Shown: positions 8,537 through 16,912, counted from the stretch's first letter. The stretch: DNA of 51,980 nucleotides from an uncultured Candidatus Saccharibacteria bacterium (GCA_964404565.1 CAYOKK010000002.1:1-51980), one strand, 5' to 3'. Made by a program: numbers and translations. Notes: generated by a model not told the origin, from the letters alone.

Positions 8537-8699
8537 ATTTCATTTCTATTCCTTTTTACTGCCTTGCGTGGTATGGTTCCTCAATCGCGCGGGCGCATAT
8601 ATTAGACGCGCGCAGGCTATCCCTGGCAGTCGGCATCCGAGAGAATACCTGCGGATCCCAGCCAGTACCTGCCACACAAGGCGCCCCGCAATTTACGTA

Positions 8700-9839
8700 A
8701 TGCAAGAAGAAACGTTGGCTGCTGAACCTACGGCGCCATCTACCATTTCCTCGGTACACATCGACGAAAGCCATCCGATGGCAAAGTTCGCCGAGAACAT
8801 CAAGGCGCTCCCGAAGCCTGGCGATGTGGTCGAAGGAACGATTATCGAGCTCGTTCGCGGGCGCCTGTACGTTGACCTCCCGCCATGGGGCGCAGGCATC
8901 ATCTACGGCCGCGAATACCTGAACGCTGCAGACGTACTGCGCAAGGCGAACCCGGGCGACACCATTTCCGCAAAGGTCGTCGATCCCGCAGGTATCGAAG
9001 GCTATATCGAGCTTTCCCTCAAGGAAGCGCGCCAGGCAGCTATCTGGGGCGAGGCGGAAGCGGCTATCTTGAACGGCACCACCTATACCCTCACGGTTGA
9101 AGAGGCGAACAAGGGCGGCCTCATCCTTTCCTGGCAGGGCATCAAGGGCTTCCTCCCTGCTTCCCAGCTCTCCAAGGAGCACTATCCGCGCGTCCCAGAG
9201 GGCGACAAGGACAAGATCTTCGGCGAGCTCCTGAAGCTCCAGGGCGTGCCGCTTTCGGTCCGCATCATTACTGCGGACCCTAAGGAGAACAAGCTCATCT
9301 TCTCTGAGAAGAGCGGCGAGGAAGAGGCAGAGAAGACGAATCTCATCGACAAGTACCAGGTAGGCGATGTCGTTGAAGGCGAGGTCACGGGTGCCGTGGA
9401 CTTCGGCGTCTTCGTGAAGCTCGAGCAGGGACTCGAAGGCCTCGTGCACATCAGCGAGCTCGACTGGGGCCTCGTGGAAGATCCGCGCACGCTCTACCAG
9501 GTCGGCGACCGCGTCCAGGTGAAGGTCATCGAGATCAAGGACGACAAGGTCTCCCTCTCTATCAAGGCGCTCAAGGAGAATCCTTGGAAGCATGCTGCCG
9601 ACACGTACAAGAAGGGCCAGGAAGTCTCCGGCGTCATCATCAAGTACAACAAGCATGGCGCTCTTGCCTCTATCGAGGAAGGCGTTGCCGGTCTCGTGCA
9701 CATCAGCGAATTCGCCACGCCGACAGAGCTCCGCGAGACGCTCGAGCTCGGCAAGACGTACCCGTTCGTCATCGCGCTCTTCGAACCGAAGGATCAGCGC
9801 ATGACGCTCACGTACGCAGGCCCTAAGAAGGGAAAGTAA
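8700..9839 (+). CDS. rpsA: S1 RNA-binding domain protein (short ribosomal protein S1 homolog, four S1 repeats)
   Basis: Four S1 repeats are present, e.g. GDVVEGTIIEL..., VGDVVEGEVTGAVDFGVFVKLEQGLEGLVHISEL, GQEVSGVIIKYNKHGALASIEEGVAGLVHISEF. The start is uncertain (ATG at 8700 or 8778); the track start at 8568 is rejected. Confidence 0.8.
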   Translation: MQEETLAAEPTAPSTISSVHIDESHPMAKFAENIKALPKPGDVVEGTIIELVRGRLYVDLPPWGAGIIYGREYLNAADVLRKANPGDTISAKVVDPAGIEGYIELSLKEARQAAIWGEAEAAILNGTTYTLTVEEANKGGLILSWQGIKGFLPASQLSKEHYPRVPEGDKDKIFGELLKLQGVPLSVRIITADPKENKLIFSEKSGEEEAEKTNLIDKYQVGDVVEGEVTGAVDFGVFVKLEQGLEGLVHISELDWGLVEDPRTLYQVGDRVQVKVIEIKDDKVSLSIKALKENPWKHAADTYKKGQEVSGVIIKYNKHGALASIEEGVAGLVHISEFATPTELRETLELGKTYPFVIALFEPKDQRMTLTYAGPKKGK

Positions 9840-9857
9840 GCGATCTCAAGAGCATAG

Positions 9858-9893
9858 AAAAAGCCTCCGCGGTTATCATGCGGAGGCTTTTCT
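9858..9893. terminator. Bidirectional terminator between convergent genes
   Basis: AAAGCCTCCGC-ggttatcat-GCGGAGGCTTT with flanking A and T runs. It overlaps the last codons of the reverse gene 9876-10670. Confidence 0.65.
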
Positions 9894-10670
9894 CATTCTG
9901 AGTACCTGATCCACGGGCAAGGGGTCTACTGAACCCTTTTCGTGCACCGAGCGCCAGAATGAGAAGTACTTGGTCGCAGCGTCCTGGTGGCCCTCTTTCC
10001 GGTAGTGATACGCGGGGAGCGTCAGGTTGAACCGAGCGACTTGACGGAAGGTCGGGAGCCCTGGGTACTTCTTGGTCGGCTCGTCATCCAGCTCGACATC
10101 CCGAGCGCCCTCGCCGAATTCCTGGCTTATATATTTGAGATCGTCTTTCCGTGATTCTTCCGGCTCAAAGAGCAGGTTGTCTTCGTTGAGCTCTTTGCGC
10201 GGAACGAATATTTCCGTCTCTTGCCAGAGGCAGCGTGCGAGCGTCTCTGCGGGGGTCTCGAGCGGTTGACCGGTATCCGGATACAGCACCGCCTTCTCGC
10301 TCAAAGACGAGCCGATCTGCTGCCGGCGCCGCTTCTCGGTCAACAAAGGACGTATTTCCTGCCGGCGCGGCTTATATCGATTGCCCTTCCGGACAAATTC
10401 CGTGAGAGCCAGCCGGCCGAGCGTCGGATGGTCGATAACGACGCGAGCCGTGATCACGATTATGCACCGGACCGGTATCGAGACGGAACCGTGCACATTG
10501 TCGAGGCTATAGACAGCGTCGCACTCCTTGACCTCTTTCCATGCCTTCAGGCGGCTCTCTTTACTCCACGTTTCGTACGGTATGTGATATTTCCTCAGAA
10601 AGGCAAAATACTCTTTCTTCGAGCAAAACCGTACGATGCACGGCGGTTTTGCGAAAACAGGCTTGCGCAT
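9876..10670 (-). CDS. Hypothetical protein (possible degenerate Nudix-like helix)
   Basis: 264 aa. ATG at 10668-10670 with AAAGGAA 5 nt upstream. It is co-directional with pth. See findings for the weak E-x7-R-C-L-x-Q-E-x-E-I match. Confidence 0.55.
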   Translation of the reverse strand: MRKPVFAKPPCIVRFCSKKEYFAFLRKYHIPYETWSKESRLKAWKEVKECDAVYSLDNVHGSVSIPVRCIIVITARVVIDHPTLGRLALTEFVRKGNRYKPRRQEIRPLLTEKRRRQQIGSSLSEKAVLYPDTGQPLETPAETLARCLWQETEIFVPRKELNEDNLLFEPEESRKDDLKYISQEFGEGARDVELDDEPTKKYPGLPTFRQVARFNLTLPAYHYRKEGHQDAATKYFSFWRSVHEKGSVDPLPVDQVLRMRKASA

Positions 10671-10736
10671 CGCAGTTCCTTTCGTGCTAGCGGTTTCTCC
10701 ATCCTTTACAGTACCTCTTTTCCCTGTTTTTACAAG

Positions 10737-11339
10737 CTAGGTACGGGTGTTGGCGGCAAGCATCGCGGCTTCGATTCCATCGGTCACAAAGAGCTCGATC
10801 GCATCATTCGTCTTCTTGAAAACCGTTTTCAAGACCTCCTGCTCCTTAGGGGAGAACTTCCCTATGACGTGATTCACGACCTTTTCCTCGCCGTTAGGCT
10901 TCTTCACGCGCCCCTTGGCTGTTGCGCCCGAGATACCGACTTTCAGCTGCGCAAACTCCTTGGTCTTCAAGGCGCGCATTATGCTCTCGATTCCTTTGTG
11001 CCCGCCGCTTCCACGCCCCTGGACCGTCATCTTTACCGTACCGATGGGCAGATCAAGGTCATCGCGCACTACCAAGAGCTTTTTCGCCGCTTTTACCGAC
11101 TTTACGAAAGCTGTCACTCCTTTCCCCGACTGGTTCATGAATACGTCCGGAAGGACGAGCTGCACCTTTTCCCCGTCTATCATTCCCTCGGTGAAAAGCG
11201 CATTCGCCGCTTTCCGCAACGAGAAGTCCTCAAAATCTGCAGCGCGCGCGTACGCTTCGACAGCCATACGGCCTGCGTTGTGCCGCGTCTTCGCATACTC
11301 GCCTCCCGGATTCCCCAACCCCACGATCACCGTCGCCAT
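10737..11339 (-). CDS. pth: Peptidyl-tRNA hydrolase
   Basis: I used the internal ATG at 11337-11339: MATVIVGLGNPGGEYAKTRHNAGRMAV..., 200 aa. The 381-aa track ORF is an unsupported upstream extension. Confidence 0.93.
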   Translation of the reverse strand: MATVIVGLGNPGGEYAKTRHNAGRMAVEAYARAADFEDFSLRKAANALFTEGMIDGEKVQLVLPDVFMNQSGKGVTAFVKSVKAAKKLLVVRDDLDLPIGTVKMTVQGRGSGGHKGIESIMRALKTKEFAQLKVGISGATAKGRVKKPNGEEKVVNHVIGKFSPKEQEVLKTVFKKTNDAIELFVTDGIEAAMLAANTRT

Positions 11340-11380
11340 GATATATGCATCATAGCAGATTAGGCGTGCGTGGGAGGACA

Positions 11381-11455
11381 GCCGAGAGTGTTCTGTTCGC
11401 CGCGAGCGGAAGCATCGACATATTCTGCAGCGAGCAAGAACAGAACACTCTCGGC
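11381..11455. repeat. 18-bp perfect inverted repeat with a 39-nt spacer in the pth/lepB divergent region
   Basis: GCCGAGAGTGTTCTGTTC (11381-11398) pairs with GAACAGAACACTCTCGGC (11438-11455). No U-tract follows. Confidence 0.85.
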
Positions 11456-11489
11456 CGCCATACTTGCGCTCGAAACGAGTAAGCGTACA

Positions 11490-12050
11490 ATGCAACGCAT
11501 GAAGCTCATCGGAAGCGCGCTCAAAGAGATTGCGATCTTCCTCGTGCTGGCGATCATCATCGTCCTCCCCATCCGGCTCTTCGTCGCGCAGCCCTTCGTC
11601 GTGGAAGGAGAGAGCATGCACCCGACGTTCGAGAGCGGCGACTACCTCATCGTCGACGAGCTTTCGTACCATTTCCATGAGCCGCACCGCGGCGACGTCA
11701 TCGTATTCCGCTACCCAGGCAACCCGAAAATCTTTTACATAAAGCGCGTTATCGGCCTTCCGGGCGAGACTATCAGCATCACGCAGGGAAATGTGACCAT
11801 TACGGAGCCTGACGGAACCGTACTGCCTCTCGAAGAACCCTACGTCGTCGAGGACGACGCGACCTATACCCAGAGCACGCATATCGGCCCCGACCAGTAC
11901 TTCGTCATGGGCGACAACCGCCCGAAGAGCTCCGACTCGCGCGTGTGGGGCCTCCTTCCTGAGAAAGACATCATGGGACGGGCGTTCCTGCGGCTCCTGC
12001 CGGCGGGAGAGTTCGGCTTTAATCCTGGAGACGTATCCCTACCACAATGA
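11490..12050 (+). CDS. lepB: Signal peptidase I
   Basis: MQRMKLIGSALKEIAIFLVLAIIIVLP (TM helix), GESMHPTF (Ser box), RGDVIVF, YIKRVIGLPGE (Lys box), GDNRPKSSDSR. Confidence 0.92.
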   Translation: MQRMKLIGSALKEIAIFLVLAIIIVLPIRLFVAQPFVVEGESMHPTFESGDYLIVDELSYHFHEPHRGDVIVFRYPGNPKIFYIKRVIGLPGETISITQGNVTITEPDGTVLPLEEPYVVEDDATYTQSTHIGPDQYFVMGDNRPKSSDSRVWGLLPEKDIMGRAFLRLLPAGEFGFNPGDVSLPQ

Positions 12051-13183
12051 GCACTACGTTTAAGCCTGACGATGTCCTGAAGCGCGCTGCGGCGATCGGC
12101 AGCTACTACGGCTTTTCTCCCCTTTCCTCGCTCACTGCAAAGAAACTCTCTTCCCGCGCGCCGTACCCTGACGGCATCCAGCTTGATGCGCTCGATCCTG
12201 TCGCGCGGGAAGTCGCGGGATTTTTCAAGCACGTACGCGATGCGGGCATACTGCCATCGCCTTCCCAACCGCTCTTCATATGGCATACGAATGCCGCGCC
12301 CGGCCGCCCTGCGCCGAAGCAGGTCGTCATACAATTCCATGCGCTCGGCACCGACCGGGCCATCGCCGACGCGGTCCTCATGCGTGCCGTACACTCGCTG
12401 CTTCAGGATGTTACTAAGAATGAGCTTTCGCTGCGCATAAACAGCATGGGCGACAAGGAGACGCGCGGCCGCTTCGCCCGCGAACTCGGCACCTTCTTCC
12501 GCAGGTACGGAGCAACGCTTCCTGAACCCTGCGTCTCGTGCGCCAAGCGCGACGTCTTCGAGGCGGCGGAACTCCTCGCACGGATGGAGGCAGAAAGCCT
12601 GCCGGCCCCCACAGACCACCTTTCTGAGGCGAGCCGCAAGCACCTTGAAGCGGTCATCGAATACTTAGAGAGCAGCGAGACTGGGTACGAGCTTGCGCCG
12701 GAACTCCTCTCGCGCGGCACTACCTGGACAGAGACCTGCTTCGAGGTCGTCGGAAGCGAAGGCGTGCAGGCATGGGGTTCCCGCTATCACGAACTTTCCC
12801 GCCCCTTCTTCAAGTCGGCAGTACCGGGCATCGGCGCCGTCATCCGCCTTACCACAGAAGCGAAGAAGCCTGTTCCGTCGCTCAAGGAAAGCAGCCCGCG
12901 CTTCGTGTTCGTACACATCGGCGAAGAGGCGAAGCGAGAGAGCATGAAGATGGCCGATACGCTCCGCAAGGCGCATATCCCCCTCACTCAAGCCATCGGG
13001 ATAGAGTCGCTTACGGAACAGATGCGGAAAGCAGAGGAGCTGAATCCGCCCTACCTTCTCATCATGGGGCGCAAGGAAGCACTGGAGCGTTCCGTCATCC
13101 TGCGCCACCGCGCCAGCTACACGGAAACCTTCATCCCGCTCGATTCGCTCGTCGATCACTTGAAGAGCGTGCCGATGCCGTAG
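12047..13183 (+). CDS. Histidyl-tRNA synthetase-like protein with degenerate catalytic motifs and a retained anticodon-binding domain
   Basis: 378 aa, collinear with HisRS (VVIQFHALG vs RQFHQLG; RINSMGDKETRGRF vs ELNSIGSLEARANY; WGSRYHEL vs GGRYDGL; C-terminal HGTP-anticodon-like FVFVHIGEEAKRES...YLLIMGRKEALE). Motif 2 FRxE and the LRPEGT loop are not conserved. ATGA overlap with lepB. Confidence 0.7.
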   Translation: MSTTFKPDDVLKRAAAIGSYYGFSPLSSLTAKKLSSRAPYPDGIQLDALDPVAREVAGFFKHVRDAGILPSPSQPLFIWHTNAAPGRPAPKQVVIQFHALGTDRAIADAVLMRAVHSLLQDVTKNELSLRINSMGDKETRGRFARELGTFFRRYGATLPEPCVSCAKRDVFEAAELLARMEAESLPAPTDHLSEASRKHLEAVIEYLESSETGYELAPELLSRGTTWTETCFEVVGSEGVQAWGSRYHELSRPFFKSAVPGIGAVIRLTTEAKKPVPSLKESSPRFVFVHIGEEAKRESMKMADTLRKAHIPLTQAIGIESLTEQMRKAEELNPPYLLIMGRKEALERSVILRHRASYTETFIPLDSLVDHLKSVPMP

Positions 13184-13204
13184 CGAATAGCGTGCGATGA
13201 GAGA

Positions 13205-13234
13205 GCGCCCGCGAGTCCTAGGACTCGCGGGCGC
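13205..13234. terminator. Bidirectional terminator (perfect 30-nt palindrome)
   Basis: GCGCCCGCGAGTCCTAGGACTCGCGGGCGC lies between convergent genes. Confidence 0.6.
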
Positions 13235-13248
13235 GTCGTATACATCGC

Positions 13249-13476
13249 CTAACAGGGTTCGAAGAGCAGTTGCGTCGTGAAGCGGATATGATTCCCGTCG
13301 AGCGCCCGCTGCATGCCGCGTTGCGCTTCTGCCCTCGTGCGGCCTGGGGTTCCCGTTTCCAGCGTCTTCAGCATCGCACTCGGCGAAAGCGGCGTATGAT
13401 TGCCTCCGAAGATTCCGAGGACTTCCGTCATAGAAGGAACGTGATCCTCTCGAATAGTGCTCAGACCCATAATCAT
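13249..13476 (-). CDS. Small hypothetical protein
   Basis: ATG at 13474-13476 is preceded by a consensus SD (AAGGAGG, 5-nt spacer). 75 aa (MIMGLSTIREDHVPSMTEVLGIFGG...). I recognised no family. Confidence 0.5.
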   Translation of the reverse strand: MIMGLSTIREDHVPSMTEVLGIFGGNHTPLSPSAMLKTLETGTPGRTRAEAQRGMQRALDGNHIRFTTQLLFEPC

Positions 13477-13507
13477 GGACACCTCCTTAGCTGTGCTTTC
13501 CACCGTT

Positions 13508-13547
13508 CCTGTGCACAGGATAGCACCGAAACTGGACACAGGATAGC
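13508..13547. promoter_or_regulatory. Palindrome plus 11-bp direct repeat in a divergent promoter region
   Basis: CCTGTGCACAGG is a perfect 12-bp palindrome (13508-13519). CACAGGATAGC occurs twice (13514-13524 and 13537-13547). Confidence 0.3.
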
Positions 13548-13572
13548 TGCATGTGCTACGATTCGCTCCATC

Positions 13573-13833
13573 ATGCAGAACGCAACCCGTATAGAAGTCC
13601 GCCGCAGCAAGAACGAGAGCGCGGCATCGCTCATCCGCCGCTTTTCCCGACGCTCACAGGGCCTCGGCCTCGTCCGCGCGATGCGCAACCGCCGCTACTT
13701 CTCGCGCCAGAAGTCTAAGAACGTCGAGCACATGCGCGCTATGGTCCGCGGCGAACGCATCGCGGAATACAACGAGCAGGTGAAGCTCGGCAAGATCGAC
13801 CCTGCTGCGCGCAAGGGCCGCAAGCGCCGCTAA
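13573..13833 (+). CDS. rpsU: 30S ribosomal protein S21
   Basis: Internal ATG at 13573: MQNATRIEVRRSKNESAASLIRRFSRRSQGLGLVRAMRNRRYFSRQKSKN... fits the S21 pattern. 86 aa. Confidence 0.8.
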   Translation: MQNATRIEVRRSKNESAASLIRRFSRRSQGLGLVRAMRNRRYFSRQKSKNVEHMRAMVRGERIAEYNEQVKLGKIDPAARKGRKRR

Positions 13834-13846
13834 TCGGCACTGTTAG

Positions 13847-13876
13847 AAAAGCGCCCCGCATGCGGGGCGCTTTTCT
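13847..13876 (+). terminator. Rho-independent terminator after rpsU
   Basis: AAAAGCGCCCCGC-at-GCGGGGCGCTTTTCTT. Confidence 0.75.
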
Positions 13877-13891
13877 TGCTACTCTATACCA

Positions 13892-14335
13892 ATGACCTCG
13901 CTCGACATCAGGAACTTTACGCGGAAGAACCCTGCGCCTCGCGTGCCTTTTCAAGATATCGCGCACGCCGTACTCCCTGGCTGGGAAGTCTCGCTCGTCT
14001 TTGCGGGCGAACGCCGCGCGCAGAACCTCAACAAGGCGCTGCGGAACAAGGCGTACGTGCCGAACGTGCTTTCGTATGAGACGGGCGCGGCGGCGAAAGG
14101 TGAATCTCGTTCTGGCGAGATCGTCATCTGCCCGGCTGTCGCGGCGCGGCAGGCGCCGCGGTACGGCATTCCCCGCACCGATTTCATCGCCTATCTCTTT
14201 ATCCACGGCTTGCTTCATTTGAAAGGCTACCCGCACGGGGCTACAATGGAGAAACGAGAGCGGACGTTCATGGCCCGCTTTGGCTTCAAATCACCTACCT
14301 TTTCGAATGACTCGACGCATCGCGACCGGCATTGA
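13892..14335 (+). CDS. ybeY: rRNA maturation endoribonuclease YbeY
   Basis: 147 aa with the zinc motif HGLLHLKGYPH. Confidence 0.88.
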   Translation: MTSLDIRNFTRKNPAPRVPFQDIAHAVLPGWEVSLVFAGERRAQNLNKALRNKAYVPNVLSYETGAAAKGESRSGEIVICPAVAARQAPRYGIPRTDFIAYLFIHGLLHLKGYPHGATMEKRERTFMARFGFKSPTFSNDSTHRDRH

Positions 14336-15473
14336 TATCGGAACCCAGCAGACGAAGGTCGTCGTCGTCGAGGAAGTGAACACTCCCGACGGCTCAGAGA
14401 TCCAGGTCATCGGTACCGGCATAAGCGAGACAGCCGGCATGCGGCACGGGTATGTCGTCGACCTTGCAGAGGTTACCGGCAGCGTGATCGCCGCAAAGAG
14501 GCAGGCCGAATCGGTCGCGCGCATTCCTATACGTTCTGCATTCCTGGCAATGGGCGGCGTCTCCCTCAACGAGACGCGCGGCGGCGCAGACACGGTGATC
14601 TCACGCGCCGACCAGGTGATCACTGACCTCGACATCGAGAAGGTGCGCGACGGCGCCCGGCGCGCCGCCGAACCAGGCTTCCTCAACCGCACCGTACTGC
14701 ACGAGATACCGCTCGGGTGGAAGGTAGACGGCATGAAGACGCTCGGCGAGCCGCGCGGCATGAAAGGAACGAAGCTCGACGGCGAGTTCCTCTTCATCAC
14801 CTGCCTCTCGCAGCACGCTGAACTCCTTACCGCTGCCGTCGAGAATGCCGATATCGAGGTCATCGACCGCATGGCGTCTCCGCTTGCCGGATCAAACGTG
14901 ACGCTCACCCGCGATCAGAAGATGAAAGGCTGCGTACTCGCGAACATCGGCGCAGAAACCGTCTCTATCGTGATATACGACGAAGGCTATCCTATTTCTA
15001 CGAAGATCTTTCCCATCGGCTCGACCGATATTACCGACGATCTCGCCCTCGGCTTCAAGATATCCCTTGAGGACGCAGAGCGCATAAAGCTGGGGCGGCT
15101 TTCCGGAAACATGTACTCCCCGCGAAAAGTAGACCGCATCGTCGGCACCCGCTTCAAGGAGATGTTCGCGCGCATCGACGAGCACGTGAAGGCGCTCGGC
15201 CGGCAGAACTCTCTTCCGGCAGGCATTATCCTCACCGGCGGCGGGGCAAGCCACAGCACCGTAGGCGACATCGCCAAGGGCGCGCTGAATCTTCCTTCGC
15301 GTATCGCCGACATCCGCCTGGCCTCCGATGCAAAGGTGAAGGATGCGACCTGGGCCGTCGCCTACGGCCTGGCTCTCTGGGGGCTTACCGGAGACACGGA
15401 ACCGCAGAAGAAGGCGCCTCTGGGCGATGTGGGCCGCGCAGTCAAGGACTTTTTCGCGCAGTTCATGCCCTAA
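14307..15473 (+). CDS. ftsA: Cell division protein FtsA
   Basis: ATG at 14307 (the track start at 14280 is TTG). IATGIDIGTQQTKVVVVEE, ILTGGGASHSTVGDIAK, and a C-terminal amphipathic VKDFFAQFMP. It overlaps the ybeY end. Confidence 0.9.
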   Translation: MTRRIATGIDIGTQQTKVVVVEEVNTPDGSEIQVIGTGISETAGMRHGYVVDLAEVTGSVIAAKRQAESVARIPIRSAFLAMGGVSLNETRGGADTVISRADQVITDLDIEKVRDGARRAAEPGFLNRTVLHEIPLGWKVDGMKTLGEPRGMKGTKLDGEFLFITCLSQHAELLTAAVENADIEVIDRMASPLAGSNVTLTRDQKMKGCVLANIGAETVSIVIYDEGYPISTKIFPIGSTDITDDLALGFKISLEDAERIKLGRLSGNMYSPRKVDRIVGTRFKEMFARIDEHVKALGRQNSLPAGIILTGGGASHSTVGDIAKGALNLPSRIADIRLASDAKVKDATWAVAYGLALWGLTGDTEPQKKAPLGDVGRAVKDFFAQFMP

Positions 15474-15564
15474 CGAAAGCACGCTTATCCATCACGTCAA
15501 TGTTGCACTCATCGGCGGATTAGTAGCATAATGCTGGCATTACCTGGCAAATCACTCTATTTAT

Positions 15565-16860
15565 ATGTCAAAGCGCGTAACCCCTGAAATCGAGACCTTC
15601 GCCCGCATCCGCGTCGTCGGCGTCGGCGGCTCCGGCAACAATGCCGTCAACCACATGGTCAACTCGAAGGTCAAAGGAGTGGAGTTCGTCGCCGTCAACA
15701 CTGATGCCCAGGACCTCCACCGCTCCCTCGCGAAACGCAAGATCCATATCGGCAAGAACCTCACCAAGGGCCTCGGCGCGGGCATGAACCCTGACCTCGG
15801 CCAGCGCGCGGCCGATGAGACCCGCCAGGAGATCCAGGAAGCGCTCCAGGGTTCCGACATGGTCTTCATCACCTGCGGCATGGGCGGCGGTACCGGTACC
15901 GGCGCTGCGCCGGTCGTCGCGAAGATCGCGAAAGAGATCGGCGCGCTTACCATCGCGGTGGTTACCAAGCCTTTCACCTTCGAAGGCGCGCACCGCGGCG
16001 AAATAGCCGAGCAGGGCCTTTCCGGCCTTAAGAAAGAGGTAGACGCATACCTGGTCATTCCGAACGACAAGCTGCTCTCTATCGTCGAGGCGAACACGAG
16101 CGCGAAGAGCGCCTTCGCGCTCGCCGACGAGATCCTCCGCCAGGCCGTCGAGGGCGTTTCTGACATCATCACCACGCCGGGCGAGATCAACACTGACTTC
16201 AACGACATCAAGACCATCATGGAAGGCGCCGGCCCTGCCCTCATGGGCATCGGCGTCGCCGAAGGCGACAACCGCGCACGGGATGCTGCAGCGCAAGCCG
16301 TGAATTCCCCGCTCCTGGACGTATCTATCGCAGGCGCTAAGGGCATTCTCTTCGTCGTTGCCGGAAACGAAGACCTGGGCATCATCGAGGTACAGGAAGC
16401 CGCAAAGGTCATCAGCGACTCTGTCGATGCGACAGCGCGGGTGATATTCGGTATCATGCGCGACGAGAAGCTCAAGAAGGGGCAGATCCGCATCATCGTC
16501 ATAGCTACCGGCTTCCCCGACCAGACGCCGGAAGGCAATTCTGCAGGATTCGAGCGCAGCCTCTTCTCAATGCCGAAGCCTGAGCAGGAAGAGACGCGCG
16601 GCCGCATTTTCAATGATGTGCTCGGGCGCGGCGCGAAAAGCGAAGAGGATGCCGCCCAGAGCGCGCCGCAGAAGCCCGCGGACGAGGAAGACGTACCGGT
16701 AAAGGAGCCTGTGCGCGAGGCGCCTCCGAAGCGCGAAGAGCCGATCGTGACAGCGACGCCGCGGGCCGACAGCGCGCGCCCGGTCACCCCGCCTTCAGTG
16801 GAGGAAGACGACGAAGCATGGGGCGCTATCCCGAGCTTCCTGCGTCGCCACAAGAAGTAG
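15565..16860 (+). CDS. ftsZ: Cell division protein FtsZ
   Basis: 431 aa with GGGTGTGAAPVVA, an acidic/Pro-rich linker, and the C-terminal peptide IPSFLRRHKK. Confidence 0.97.
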   Translation: MSKRVTPEIETFARIRVVGVGGSGNNAVNHMVNSKVKGVEFVAVNTDAQDLHRSLAKRKIHIGKNLTKGLGAGMNPDLGQRAADETRQEIQEALQGSDMVFITCGMGGGTGTGAAPVVAKIAKEIGALTIAVVTKPFTFEGAHRGEIAEQGLSGLKKEVDAYLVIPNDKLLSIVEANTSAKSAFALADEILRQAVEGVSDIITTPGEINTDFNDIKTIMEGAGPALMGIGVAEGDNRARDAAAQAVNSPLLDVSIAGAKGILFVVAGNEDLGIIEVQEAAKVISDSVDATARVIFGIMRDEKLKKGQIRIIVIATGFPDQTPEGNSAGFERSLFSMPKPEQEETRGRIFNDVLGRGAKSEEDAAQSAPQKPADEEDVPVKEPVREAPPKREEPIVTATPRADSARPVTPPSVEEDDEAWGAIPSFLRRHKK

Positions 16861-16875
16861 GAAGACTGCATGTTT

Positions 16876-16912
16876 GAGAACGTCCCTGCATACGCAGGGA
16901 CGTTCTCTTTTA
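16876..16912 (+). terminator. Rho-independent terminator after ftsZ
   Basis: GAGAACGTCCCTGC-atac-GCAGGGACGTTCTC followed by TTTTAT. Confidence 0.75.

Noticed and set aside
8556-9701. A 381-aa reverse ORF lies antisense to the S1-domain gene. Similar long antisense ORFs occur at 26840-27736, 34489-35463, 38074-39114, 42693-43592 and 46754-48064.
   Set aside because: All of them are opposite confidently identified conserved genes (rpsA-like, valS, lepA, the TPR protein, nrdJ, groEL). They show shadow-frame composition.
10737-11882. The track shows a 381-aa version of the pth ORF, and similar extended versions of tsaD (25183-26802), lepB (11370), ABM (33816-34202) and the S1 gene (8568).
   Set aside because: The conserved N-termini of the respective families begin at internal ATGs. 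The upstream extensions overlap neighbouring genes, a tRNA, or the 18-bp inverted repeat.
13250-13270. A T-loop-like GGTTCGAAG motif suggested a tRNA.
   Set aside because: No acceptor, D or anticodon arms can be folded around it. It lies at the 3' end of the 75-aa reverse gene.
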